Position numbers and translations under genes: made by a program. The notes beneath the pieces were generated by a model that worked only from the letters and a program-made list of their open reading frames with translations, did no database searches and was not told where the DNA came from. Positions 17,279 through 29,725 of a DNA stretch of 64,000 nt are shown here, one piece after another. The stretch is from Hungatella effluvii (GTDB lineage Bacteria > Bacillota > Clostridia > Lachnospirales > Lachnospiraceae): assembly GCF_003201875.1 (NCBI RefSeq), contig NZ_QJKD01000012.1, forward strand, positions 1 to 64,000. Reading direction: 5' to 3'. Position 1 is the stretch's first letter. Every line of letters begins with the position of its first letter.

Positions 17279-19002
17279 CAGGTACGCCTCCTGTCATTGA
17301 TTTCCTTAATTTTTTCCGGGTCAAATTTATACTGATGGGTGCTTGTCAGAAGGCCGTTGGTCTCCTGTTCCACATCAGTCAGCTGCGTATAACAGTATCC
17401 GCAGATCAAGTCTGAATCGTAGACCGCGTCAAGAATCCTGCTGTATTCCTTTAAGAATTCCGACCGTCCGATCGCCGTATAGCCCCAGCCGCTCTCGTCC
17501 TCCGAGACTGCGATTCCGCCGAACTCAGTCAGCACCACCGGCTGCTTCTGATAGGAATGGCCCTTTGCAAACAACCGTTTTTCCACAATCTCAGGCAGCT
17601 CGTCGATCTCTTTTAAACAATTTTTATATAATTCCTGCTGCTTCTGGTCGTCCTCTCTTCCGTGCTGGTAGGAGTGAACCGCACAGATATCTGTGTCCGT
17701 CATCTCCCAGCCGTCGTTGGATATCACCAGGCGGGTGGAATCCAGGCTGCGGGCCATATAATAGAGGGATTTTGAAAAGCTCTGCTGCTCCTGATTCTCG
17801 TAGATGCCGGGGACGCCCCAGCTCTCATTCAGCATCCCCCACACAATGATGCTGGGATGATTGTAATCCCTGCGGATCACATCCATCCATTCTCTCATAA
17901 AGGCGCAGGCCCCCTCCGGCGTATAGACCCAGAAGCTGGCCATCGCCTCCCACACCAGAAATCCCAGATGGTCCGCCCAGTATAAGAATCTGGGATCTTC
18001 CACCTTTTCATGCTTCCTGCACCCGTTAAAACCCATGGCCTTGGACATCAGGATATCATTTTTGTAATCCTCATCGGACGGCGCCGTGATCAGGCTCTCC
18101 TCCCAGTACCCCTGGTCTAAGAGAAGCTTCTGATAATAGGGCTGGTTGTTTAGATAGATTTTTCCGCCTTCGATCCGGACCTTCCGCATGCCGAAATAGC
18201 TTTCCACCCGGTCGGTCACCTCCGTGCCGTTTTTAAGCGTCATGGTGACCTCATAGAGATTGGGATTTTCCGGCGACCAGTAAGCTCCCACAAAATGAAA
18301 GGAACCGTTTAACGCCTTCTTCTGAAATACATCCACCGTGATGGTGTTGCACAGCTCCCGGCACCACACAGTACCTTTAAATACGGGCTTTTCCTCCCGG
18401 CAGATGGTGATCATCGCCTCGCACGGAAGCGCAGTCCCCTGCTCCAGCCGGTAGTCAATCTTTACCGTACCTTCATCGATGTCCGGTGTGAAGCGAATCC
18501 AGGAAAACCGCGACGCGGACACCGGCTCCAGCCATACCGTCTGCCAGATTCCAGTGCTGGGCGTATACCAGATAAAGCTGGATTCATCCTCCCAGTACTG
18601 TTTTCCCCTGGCGATCTGCTCATTCTTCAGCCAGTCTTCCACCTCCACGCGGATGCACTCTTCCCCCCAGTTCAGGCAGTGGGTCACATCAAAGCTGAAA
18701 GGCGTCTGGCCTCCGGAATGGGTCCCGACACACTGCCCGTTGACCCACACCCGGCAGAAGTAATCGACCGCACCGAAATTCAGCAGCACCGACCGCCCTT
18801 TCCAGGTATCCGGCACGAAAAAGGTCCGTTCATACACGACGGCATCCTCACAAATCCGCTCACCGATCCCGCTCTTTCTGCACTGGCATACGTATGGCAC
18901 CTCGATCGATCTCTTGTCTCCGCCCAGATAAAAATCCCAGGCCCCATTTAAATTTACCCATTCACTCCTCACAAAATCAGGACGCGGATACTCATCTCTC
19001 AT
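17278..19002 (-). CDS. Glycoside hydrolase, GH2-like (beta-galactosidase/beta-glucuronidase/mannosidase family fold)
   Basis: N-terminal sugar-binding jelly-roll (GAWDF...), catalytic TIM region with the GH2-like motif HPSIIVWGMLNESWG. Co-located with a sugar ABC transporter. Confidence 0.5.
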   Translation of the reverse strand: MRDEYPRPDFVRSEWVNLNGAWDFYLGGDKRSIEVPYVCQCRKSGIGERICEDAVVYERTFFVPDTWKGRSVLLNFGAVDYFCRVWVNGQCVGTHSGGQTPFSFDVTHCLNWGEECIRVEVEDWLKNEQIARGKQYWEDESSFIWYTPSTGIWQTVWLEPVSASRFSWIRFTPDIDEGTVKIDYRLEQGTALPCEAMITICREEKPVFKGTVWCRELCNTITVDVFQKKALNGSFHFVGAYWSPENPNLYEVTMTLKNGTEVTDRVESYFGMRKVRIEGGKIYLNNQPYYQKLLLDQGYWEESLITAPSDEDYKNDILMSKAMGFNGCRKHEKVEDPRFLYWADHLGFLVWEAMASFWVYTPEGACAFMREWMDVIRRDYNHPSIIVWGMLNESWGVPGIYENQEQQSFSKSLYYMARSLDSTRLVISNDGWEMTDTDICAVHSYQHGREDDQKQQELYKNCLKEIDELPEIVEKRLFAKGHSYQKQPVVLTEFGGIAVSEDESGWGYTAIGRSEFLKEYSRILDAVYDSDLICGYCYTQLTDVEQETNGLLTSTHQYKFDPEKIKEINDRRRT

Positions 19003-19018
19003 ACTTCATCCTCCAGGT

Positions 19019-19849
19019 TTATTTGATACCCGACTGTGTAAATCCTTTAACCACATACTTATTAGCAAACATGAAAATAATCAGGACCGGCACAACCGAT
19101 ACCAGGGTCGATGCCATCATAAGGCCGGGGTTCGTATAATTTTCCCCCAGGACCAGCGCGGCGATTCCCAGTGTCACAGTCCGGTTCTCCTGCTTGTTGA
19201 CCACCAGCGACGGCCAGAGGTAGCTGTTATAGAGTCCGAGAAATGTGATAAAGGCCTGTGTGATCACCACCGGCTTTACCGATGGAAGAACGATGTGCCA
19301 CAGCACCTGGAAGACATTGGCGCCTTCCACCAGACCGGCCTCCTCCAGCTCCTTCGGAAACGCCAGCAGGAAGTTATAGATCAGATAGATACACATAACG
19401 CCGGAGCCGGACGGTAAGATCAGCGGCAGCAGCGAATTGAGCATATTAATCTGTTTGAAGATATAAAACAATGGGAAAAATGTCACGATCTCCGGAATTG
19501 CCATCGCCCATACCAGCCCCACCACGATGAACCGCTTTCCGGGAACCGGAAGACGCGCCAGCGCGTAAGCCGCGAGAACGCTGGTCGTAATTCTCAATAT
19601 CGTACCGCTGACCGTCACCACCGCCGTATTCATCAGCCATTTAAAGATCGGCGCCGTGGAGGTGCTGGCAAACAAATCCCTGTAATTCTGCAGCGTCCAC
19701 GTATGGGGCAGCAGTGTGGAAGAGGTCATCGCCTCCGCCAGGCCCTTAAAGCTGGTAAACAGCATGAAGAGCAGCGGCAGCAGAAACGCGTATGCGATCA
19801 CGCAGGCACACATGACCAGCAAAATCCGGTTAAAATATTTCTTTTTCAT
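19019..19849 (-). CDS. Carbohydrate ABC transporter permease (MalG/CUT1 type)
   Basis: 6 TM; EAA-like loop. Confidence 0.85.
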   Translation of the reverse strand: MKKKYFNRILLVMCACVIAYAFLLPLLFMLFTSFKGLAEAMTSSTLLPHTWTLQNYRDLFASTSTAPIFKWLMNTAVVTVSGTILRITTSVLAAYALARLPVPGKRFIVVGLVWAMAIPEIVTFFPLFYIFKQINMLNSLLPLILPSGSGVMCIYLIYNFLLAFPKELEEAGLVEGANVFQVLWHIVLPSVKPVVITQAFITFLGLYNSYLWPSLVVNKQENRTVTLGIAALVLGENYTNPGLMMASTLVSVVPVLIIFMFANKYVVKGFTQSGIK

Positions 19850-19861
19850 CTTGCCGCCCTC

Positions 19862-20755
19862 CTATTTTAATTTATCTTTCTCTTTGGTCAGGTAATACTG
19901 TCCGACGGAGCAGAGGATGATGACCACTCCCATGAGAATCGTCATCGCACTTCCCACTCCCAGATCGTTGCGGTCCATGATCGTAGAGGTGATCATCATG
20001 ATCAGGGGCTTCGTAGTCTCTCCCGGCCCGCCCTTCGTCATCAGCCTTGGCTGGCCGTAGACGTTGAAGGAAGCGATGATCGTCGTCATCAGGACAAAGA
20101 AAAACACGTTTTTGATATTTGGCAGAATGATGTATCGGAGCTGTACCCAGAATCCTGCGCCATCCATGGCGGAGGCCTCGTACAGATTGGTATCAATTTC
20201 ATTGAGTGCGTTGACAAACAGCATCATATTGTAGCCGATCGTCCACCAGACCGTGGCTACCGTCAGCGCCACCCATACAAATGGCTGCTGCTCCATCCAG
20301 GGAATCGGTGATTTAATGATTCCCATGCTGAGCAGCATGTTGTTAAAATAACCGCCGTTTCCCTTCATCAGCCATACGAACACCGCCGCCACTGCGGTTA
20401 CGGAAACGGAATAGGATGCAAAATAAATCGTCCGGAAAATCCCCTTCAGCCGTTCCGGCAGCCGGTCCAGCAGAAGCGCCAGAAACAGGCTCCCAAACAC
20501 CAGAAACGGAGTGGTGAGCACGACGAATATTACAGTATTGCTCAATCCCTGTATAAATGATTTGTGGTACATGGATGAGGAAAATAAAATCTTGATGTAG
20601 TTCGCAAATCCCACGAACCCTTTGTTTCCCTGAATCAGACTGTATTTTGTTACGCTCATCACGATACCGTATACAAATGGGATCAGCCAGAACAGTAGAA
20701 AAAACAGTAGAAAGGGAATGATAAACAGCACTGCCGCGCCTTTTCTTTTCTTCAT
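19862..20755 (-). CDS. Carbohydrate ABC transporter permease (MalF/UgpA type)
   Basis: TM pattern; EAA motif EASAMDGAGFW. Confidence 0.85.
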   Translation of the reverse strand: MKKRKGAAVLFIIPFLLFFLLFWLIPFVYGIVMSVTKYSLIQGNKGFVGFANYIKILFSSSMYHKSFIQGLSNTVIFVVLTTPFLVFGSLFLALLLDRLPERLKGIFRTIYFASYSVSVTAVAAVFVWLMKGNGGYFNNMLLSMGIIKSPIPWMEQQPFVWVALTVATVWWTIGYNMMLFVNALNEIDTNLYEASAMDGAGFWVQLRYIILPNIKNVFFFVLMTTIIASFNVYGQPRLMTKGGPGETTKPLIMMITSTIMDRNDLGVGSAMTILMGVVIILCSVGQYYLTKEKDKLK

Positions 20756-20882
20756 GATAACCTCCCGTCTGCTGCCCTGCAGCTTGCGTCAGAAATATTG
20801 CTGCTCCCCATAGGAACAGTGACTCAGAAAGGGCTGCCGCACTCATATTCTTAAAAAGCGGCAGCCCCTCATGGTTTAACGA

Positions 20883-22232
20883 TTATAATTCAGATAATTC
20901 TGTCGCAATCTCCGTTGCGTTCTTCAGCTCCTCCATTAAATCCTCTTTCTTTAAATCAGGAGTCTGGATTACCATGGACCATACAGTTGTATTGACGTAT
21001 TTCACCTGCTCCCTGATGTTATAGATGGCCGGAAGAATCATGGCGTAATCAAAGATCTGGTAGTTTACGTTGGCAACCGGATACTTCTCAGGAGACTGTT
21101 TTACCAGTTCCATGGTCTTTAAATGAATCGGAGCCTGACCGGAATCTGCCCAGTTTAACATGATCTCCGGCTGGTATGCGAATTTCATAAATGCTGCGAT
21201 TCCGTCAATCTTCTTCTCGTCTGTCACCTTTGCAGATACGCCGAAGGTATGGCCGCCGGCCGGTACCACTTTCGTGTCACCGTACAGCTGCGGAAGTGTG
21301 CCGATTCCCAGGTTGTCGCCCAGAACTTCTTTGGCAGCCGTGTAATTCCACGGTCCCGTCAGAGCTGTAGCTGCGCTGACATTGGTGTTGTCCTTGGATT
21401 CTTTGATAAAGGTATTGAAATGGTCGTTGTCGCCTAAGCCGGCCGCGCTGATATGATCCTTATAGATCAGGTCATGAATCTTCATAAATGCGTCTGCGAT
21501 CTCATCCGTGTCCATCTTGATATGCTCGCCTTCCACCCAGTTGCATCCGGACTGGCCGAGAGCCGTCATCCATGCCCACTGATGGTCGCCGGTAAGCGGG
21601 ATCGACATCGGATAGATTCCTGAATTTTCAGAATCCAGCTGATCGCGCAGCGCCTTCATATCATCGTACGTCTTCGGTGTTTCTTTTACGTACTCTTTAT
21701 TGTAATAGAAGGTCTCTGCGTATAAGTCTAACGGGAAGGCAAAAATTCCGTCGTCGTACTTGGCATACGTCTGGGTAATCGGATGCCAGTCATTCTCAAA
21801 GGACAGCCCCGCCTTCTCATAGATGTCGGATACTTCTCTTAAGAGGCCCAGCGCGTGATACGTGGAAATCCAGTCCGCATGGATAATCAGCATGTCGAAA
21901 TCATCCGATTTGAACTTCGTGTAATGGTCTGCATCCTGAAGCTGCTCGATAAAGTACTGATCCTGGGACTCGTTAAACGCATCCACAATCTTGGTCATAA
22001 ACGGACCGTCGCCGCCGGTAAAGCCATTGATAAACGTAATCGTCGTCTTTTCCCCCGCCGGCTGTGCCGCAGTCGTCTCCTCCGCTTTGGCCTCGGCCGT
22101 TGTCTCCGCCTTGGTCTCCGCAGGTTCCGCCGCTTTCGTCGTCGGCGCTGTTCCTCCTCCGCCGCATCCTGCTAACGACAGAGTCATAACCGCCGCCATT
22201 GTCAGTGACATCATTTTCTTCATTTTTCTCAT
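20883..22232 (-). CDS. Extracellular solute-binding lipoprotein of the sugar ABC transporter
   Basis: Lipobox LSLAGCGG, then a Thr/Ala/Glu-rich linker and an SBP fold. Confidence 0.8.
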   Translation of the reverse strand: MRKMKKMMSLTMAAVMTLSLAGCGGGGTAPTTKAAEPAETKAETTAEAKAEETTAAQPAGEKTTITFINGFTGGDGPFMTKIVDAFNESQDQYFIEQLQDADHYTKFKSDDFDMLIIHADWISTYHALGLLREVSDIYEKAGLSFENDWHPITQTYAKYDDGIFAFPLDLYAETFYYNKEYVKETPKTYDDMKALRDQLDSENSGIYPMSIPLTGDHQWAWMTALGQSGCNWVEGEHIKMDTDEIADAFMKIHDLIYKDHISAAGLGDNDHFNTFIKESKDNTNVSAATALTGPWNYTAAKEVLGDNLGIGTLPQLYGDTKVVPAGGHTFGVSAKVTDEKKIDGIAAFMKFAYQPEIMLNWADSGQAPIHLKTMELVKQSPEKYPVANVNYQIFDYAMILPAIYNIREQVKYVNTTVWSMVIQTPDLKKEDLMEELKNATEIATELSEL

Positions 22233-22557
22233 TTCTCCCTCTCCTTTTCTTTTTTATTCCTACTTGATTTTTAACCCAACTTTAATTACAATAAATATGT
22301 ATTAAACAGAGAAATTTCGCCCCAATCCATGTAGTCCCCTCTCTGTAATTCCACATTTATTACATAATTCATCTTACCATATTTTGTATATTATATCAAG
22401 TACGTTTTATATTTCGTCTATATTTTTTATGTATTTTTACTAAATAGTACACCGTATTTTTATTACAGTTGATATTTTATTACATTTTTTATATAATAAA
22501 TATATGGTTTTAAATTACAGTAATCAAAAAATAATGTAAGAAAAGGAGGAACCGTTC

Positions 22558-23529
22558 ATGTCACGAAAACAGAAAGCCCCGGTTAAGATCATCGGTGAGC
22601 GTGATATCCAGCTTCACTTAAGCAATCCGGCCCATCACGACCAGATTGTCAGGATCGGAAAAGCCCTGTCCTCTCCAATCCGTCTCAATATTTTAAACCT
22701 GTTGAAAAATACGCCCCTCTCTTTACAGGAGATCGCGGACATTCTCTCCATCCCCGTGTCCTCCACGGCGCTGCACATCAAGATCCTGGAAGAGGCGAAG
22801 CTGATCGTCACGGAAACCCAGCCCGGCCTGCACGGCTCCATGCGTGTCTGTATCTGCAGCATGCAGACTTTTCACTTAGAGACCTTTGACGCGGACGCAG
22901 ATCTGGCTGATAATACGATCACCCTGGATATGCCTGTGGGCAATTACTATCAGATCGAGGTGGAACCTACCTGCGGTCTGGCGGATGAGAACGGCGTCAT
23001 GGACGCATACGACAGCGCCCGCACCTTCTACTCCCCGCTGCGCGGAAATGCACAGCTGATCTGGTTTCAGCAGGGCTTCGTGGAATACCGCTTCCCCAAC
23101 CTGACCAATCCCTTATTGGAGCTCCACGAAATTTCTTTCTGCATGGAGCTCTGTTCCGAAGCCCCCGGCTTCCTGGAGGACTGGCCGTCCGACATCACCG
23201 TCTCCATCAATGGGCACGAGGTCGCCACCTACTGTTCCCCCGGAGATTACGGCGCCCGCCGCGGCCGCCTGACTCCCCCCGCCTGGCCCAACGGCCGCAC
23301 GCAGTATGGGCTGTTAAAAAATTTCTCCGTCCGGGAAAGCGGCAGCTACTTAGACGGGCGCCTGATCGATCCGCAGCTGTCGCTCAAAGACTTAAAGATC
23401 CAGGATCACCCCTACATCTCGCTGTTAATCCAGATAAAAAAAGATGCCAGGCATATCGGAGGCATCAATTTATTCGGGGAAAAGTACGGAGATTTCCCGC
23501 AGGGGATTGTGATGAGTCTTATCTATTAG
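22558..23529 (+). CDS. ArsR-type wHTH transcriptional regulator with a ~230-aa C-terminal domain of unknown function
   Basis: LSSPIRLNILNLLKNTPLSLQEIADILSIPVSSTALHIKILEEAKLI is a canonical ArsR/SmtB HTH. Confidence 0.55.
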   Translation: MSRKQKAPVKIIGERDIQLHLSNPAHHDQIVRIGKALSSPIRLNILNLLKNTPLSLQEIADILSIPVSSTALHIKILEEAKLIVTETQPGLHGSMRVCICSMQTFHLETFDADADLADNTITLDMPVGNYYQIEVEPTCGLADENGVMDAYDSARTFYSPLRGNAQLIWFQQGFVEYRFPNLTNPLLELHEISFCMELCSEAPGFLEDWPSDITVSINGHEVATYCSPGDYGARRGRLTPPAWPNGRTQYGLLKNFSVRESGSYLDGRLIDPQLSLKDLKIQDHPYISLLIQIKKDARHIGGINLFGEKYGDFPQGIVMSLIY

Positions 23530-23637
23530 GAACTGGCGTGAAATAACTCTGCGGCAGTTCCTGACAAGAGGCCGAGTCAAAAAGCCCGGGAAAGTGTTGG
23601 AATCCAACGCCTTCCCGGGCTTTACTTTTCTAAAAAA

Positions 23638-24480
23638 TTATCTAAGTTCCGTCGTAGAGATTACATCCATATCATCAAACGCCTGATTCTCACCGCCCAT
23701 AGCCCAGATAAATGTATAGTTGCTGGTGCCTGCGCCTGCGTGAATGCTCCAGGATGGGCTGATAACAGCCTGCTCGTTCTGCATTACGATGTGTCTTGTC
23801 TCGTTTCCTTCGCCCATCATGTGGAATACCACATTGTTCTCCGGAATCTCGAAGTACATGTAAACTTCCATACGTCTCTCATGAGTATGAGCCGGCATGG
23901 TGTTCCATACGCTGCCCGGATCAAGCACGGTCATGCCCATGGAAAGCTGGCAGGTCTCAAGAACGTCCGGATGGATGAACTGATTGATTACGCGCTTATT
24001 GGAAGTCTCCATAGCGCCCAGCGGCTTCTTTGCTGCCTTCTCAATCGGAATAAAGGTTGTCTTGCAGGCCTTGTGAGCCGGTGCACTCACCATGTAGAAC
24101 TTTGCAGGATTCGCTGCATCGTTGCTGGAGAAGAGCACTTCCTTTGTTCCCTTTGTGATGTATAAGCAGTCTTTATAGTTCATATCGAAAACTTCGCCGT
24201 CAGCTGTGATCCTGCCGGCTCCGCCGATGTTGAAAATACCGATCTCACGTCTCTCCAGGAAATAGCCTGTCCCGAAGTTTTTCCAGATGTCGATTCCCTT
24301 GTCGATGGAAACAGTCTCCGTAGTCGGCATGCATCCCAGTGTAACCATACGGTCTACGTGGGAGTATACGGCTACAACTTCATTAGCAGCATATAAATTC
24401 TCGATTAAAAATTCATTTCTCGTCTCTTCTGTTGTGTAACGTTTAAAATCCTTCTGATTGGCTGAATAACGGATATCCAT
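23638..24480 (-). CDS. kduI: 5-dehydro-4-deoxy-D-glucuronate isomerase KduI
   Basis: Length 280 aa and the bicupin KduI N-terminus MDIRYSANQKDFKRYTTEE..FLIENL. Confidence 0.8.
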   Translation of the reverse strand: MDIRYSANQKDFKRYTTEETRNEFLIENLYAANEVVAVYSHVDRMVTLGCMPTTETVSIDKGIDIWKNFGTGYFLERREIGIFNIGGAGRITADGEVFDMNYKDCLYITKGTKEVLFSSNDAANPAKFYMVSAPAHKACKTTFIPIEKAAKKPLGAMETSNKRVINQFIHPDVLETCQLSMGMTVLDPGSVWNTMPAHTHERRMEVYMYFEIPENNVVFHMMGEGNETRHIVMQNEQAVISPSWSIHAGAGTSNYTFIWAMGGENQAFDDMDVISTTELR

Positions 24481-24671
24481 TTATTAAGAACCCTCCTTGT
24501 AATATGTATTAATTTGTAGAAATAACTGACCAATCTCATGGTAACACAAGGAAGTTTTTAATTCAATCCTTTCTTTAAGATATCATAAAAAAGAACATCT
24601 TTTCCTGAAAATTGTGTATCTTTTCTACGTGTCTCAAGCCTTTCTTTCTCTCCTCCGTCCGCCTTTTGCCG

Positions 24672-25257
24672 TCACGAAATGACCTTCAGAATGTGGTCCA
24701 CATAATTTTGCACCGCTGTTTTTGTCTCTTCCGTCACAGCCCGGTCAGCCATCTCGCCAGACACGTGTTTGATTCCATACGCCGGCTGAACCGCTCCTTT
24801 GATGTTGCACGGAACAGAGATCGGAACCATGCCCATATGCTGGGCAAAGGTATTCATCACCTGCAGGCAGAGCTCCGGCCCGCCGCATCCGTCTCCCGCT
24901 GATGTGAAGCACCCGAAATACATCCCGGCCGTAGGCGCTTCCACCCACAATTTTTCGAAGGAATCCATAAATGCCTTCATCTGCGCCGAAACGCATCCGT
25001 AATACGTCGGAGAACCGAGAAGCAGCACATCACTTCCCAGAACCTGCGCCGCTTCCTCTATGACCGGCACCGCCTCTATTGCATCCTGAAGACGCTTGAA
25101 ATCCTCTATCCTCTTTTCCCCTGACTCGAAGGAGGCATCCGCGGTTCTGTAAAGAGCCGCCTCCTGCCCTCTCTCCTGAAGCGCTCTGTAAAAACAGTCT
25201 GCGATCTGATACGTGTTTCCGCAGACACTGTGAAATACAATTGTAAATTTTGCCATG
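24672..25257 (-). CDS. Flavodoxin-like fold NAD(P)H-dependent FMN reductase / multimeric flavodoxin. The ORF-track N-terminal 40 aa are probably not translated; start is at MAKFTIVFHS
   Basis: FTIVFHSVCGNTYQIADCF phosphate-binding loop of flavodoxin-like proteins. Confidence 0.6.
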
Positions 25258-26007
25258 ATTTTTGTCTCTCCTTTTAATACCGTTGTGGTTTTGTAGTTTT
25301 GCTGCATTATAGATTTGTGATATTGCGGTTTTGTAGCTTTTGGGCTTTGTGACTTTGCAACTTTGAGACTTTGCAACTTTATTCCTCTATCACTTAACTG
25401 CGTTATAATTTTATAACCTTATGATTGCCGCCTATAGCAATATGTTTTATTATATCAGATGATTAGCGAAAGAAAAGTGCGTTGATAAAACTTAAAAGGA
25501 ATGATTGCCGCAGAGCCATCAATTATGTACAATATAATTAGTTATTACTAACTACATTTCAAATAAAACAACTCTATTTCAAAAGGATGTCCTACACATA
25601 AGAAAAGAAATGGATATCAGGCTGTATAAGTATGAGAGCATTAAAGGGAAAGAGGAAACCTCGGAAGAATGGCTGAATTTCTTAAATATTACACCGAAAG
25701 GCGGGAGAGGCCTTATTAAAAGATGGGCACGCTTATCTGATGGCGTATTTTAAGACAATGGAAGGCGGCAATATGTATGTCTACATGTTTTTCGCCTGTG
25801 AAGATGTGAATTTTTCTAACGATAAGGCGATCAATCAAGGCAGTGGGCTGGATGAACAGCATTTCGCCTATATGAGGGAATGCATAGATCTTTCCAGGGG
25901 GGGATATCATGGATTGCCTTCTTTACCTTGACAACATGGAAGACGCTGTCAGGTAAACCAATCCTGTTCCCCCCCGACCCCATTGACCGGACTGTGAAAA
26001 ACAATTA

Positions 26008-27453
26008 TCAGACGCTTTCTAAGTCCCACAGTCTGATTCTGCTCTTCTCACAATCGATCATGACACGAGATTCTCCGGATGCCGGATAGTATCTGGAAGT
26101 GAATACCGTGCTGCCTTGGTTTACATAAACTTCAATTGCAGAGGTATCCATGATGATGCGGATATCCTCCAGACTGCCGATTTCGGCGCGCCTCACAGTA
26201 CGCCCGGCACCCGTCCTGTTTAAAAATTTCATGGAGAAAACTCCGTCCTGATAATCCAGAACCAGGTCCTGATTAAAACAGATACGGCAGGAAACCGGTT
26301 CCAATCCATTGATATCTTTTTGATCGATATCTTTTTGATCGATATCTTTCTGATTTATTTCTATTTTATCTATCTCTACCTCATATATCCCCTCGGAAAG
26401 GACGGAGGTTTCTCCTGTTTTTACTTCTCTCTCATTTCTGCGCAGCCGCTTTAATTCTTCCACCGGCCTCTGGTACAGCCGGCCCGCCTCATACGTGATT
26501 TCCCGGGGAAGCGTCAGGGCATGCTGCCAGCCATCGCCCACCGTCGGATTGCTGTACTCTCCCTCGATATCAGGGAGCCCCATCCAGCCAATTAAGATTC
26601 TTCTTCCCTGCTCATCGGTAAATGTCTGCGGTGCATAGAAATCAAAGCCCTTGTCCCACTCTGTAAATGCCTCCGCTTCCACCATCTGAGGTCTGGCGAT
26701 TCCCGCCTTAAGGCGGACATAACCGGACTGGTAGATATTCTGGTTTTGAAATTCGCCCCGGGGCAGCCCCTGGGGGCAGATGGATAAAAATGCGGCATCC
26801 TCCATCTCAAAACAGTCCGGACATTCCCACATATAGCCAAAGGGATTTTTTGTCGTCATCTCACCGACATACTTCCAGGTCACCATATCGGCCGATTCAT
26901 AGAGAAGCACCGCGCCCTGGCCGCTGTTCTTCCGGGCACCCAGCACCATATGATACCTGCCGTTTTCCTTCCAGACCTTGGGGTCTCTGACGTGAAGCGT
27001 ACAGTCCTTTGGATAGTCGTCATTGGTGAGAAGCAGCCTCTTCTCCCCCGCCCTGCTTCCGTCTTTTGTCTCCACCAATACCTGGGCGGCCTGCCTGCCC
27101 TCGTGGATATAATCATAATCTCCCTCTTCCTTCACATTTCCGGTGTAAAAGAGATGGATTCCATTTTCATCTGTCCAGGCGCATCCGGAATAGACGCCAT
27201 CCCGGTCGAAGGGACGGTCGGGTTCCAGGAAGATACCCTCGTCTTTCCAGTGGATCAGATCGCTGCTGACCGCGTGGCCCCAGCATTTTCTCCCCTTTCC
27301 CAGGGCGTTCTCCGGCACATACTGGTAAAATGCATGGTATGTGCCGTGATACTGACATAAGCCGTTGGGATCGTTGAGCCAGCCCGCGGGGGGCGTCAAA
27401 TGAAGTTTTAAACGATAGGGGTCCTTTGTTTCATTTCCGGTGGTTCGGTTCAT
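26008..27453 (-). CDS. scrB: GH32 sucrose-6-phosphate hydrolase / beta-fructofuranosidase
   Basis: WLNDPNGL, FYQY, RDP and EC(P) GH32 catalytic motifs. Downstream of the sucrose PTS and LacI regulator. Confidence 0.85.
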   Translation of the reverse strand: MNRTTGNETKDPYRLKLHLTPPAGWLNDPNGLCQYHGTYHAFYQYVPENALGKGRKCWGHAVSSDLIHWKDEGIFLEPDRPFDRDGVYSGCAWTDENGIHLFYTGNVKEEGDYDYIHEGRQAAQVLVETKDGSRAGEKRLLLTNDDYPKDCTLHVRDPKVWKENGRYHMVLGARKNSGQGAVLLYESADMVTWKYVGEMTTKNPFGYMWECPDCFEMEDAAFLSICPQGLPRGEFQNQNIYQSGYVRLKAGIARPQMVEAEAFTEWDKGFDFYAPQTFTDEQGRRILIGWMGLPDIEGEYSNPTVGDGWQHALTLPREITYEAGRLYQRPVEELKRLRRNEREVKTGETSVLSEGIYEVEIDKIEINQKDIDQKDIDQKDINGLEPVSCRICFNQDLVLDYQDGVFSMKFLNRTGAGRTVRRAEIGSLEDIRIIMDTSAIEVYVNQGSTVFTSRYYPASGESRVMIDCEKSRIRLWDLESV

Positions 27454-27512
27454 GGCCGGCTCCTTTCAAATCTGGCGCCGCATCGGTTCTATTCTGCGAA
27501 ATCCCGGTGCGG

Positions 27513-29468
<1,956 letters not shown>

Positions 29469-29725
29469 TTATGTCTTTTTTAAATTTTATATGAGATCGA
29501 TCTCATATCTTGTTTTTATTATATACCCTCCATTCTTTACTGTAAACCGTCCAATATAACAAACAAAAACTATTTTTTTGTATAAAATGCACAAAATCCG
29601 CTGGTCTTCCTATTTGAAGGTATTTCCCATTAAAATTTCTTATTAAAATTTTCCATTAAAAGAAGCCGGGCCGGACAACATTCATATCCTGTGTCCGATC
29701 CGGCTTTCCCCTACCCAGTACAGCA

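Noticed and set aside
17343-17849. 168-aa plus-strand ORF overlapping the GH2 gene
   Set aside because: Pro/Arg/Ser-rich antisense artefact; no RBS.
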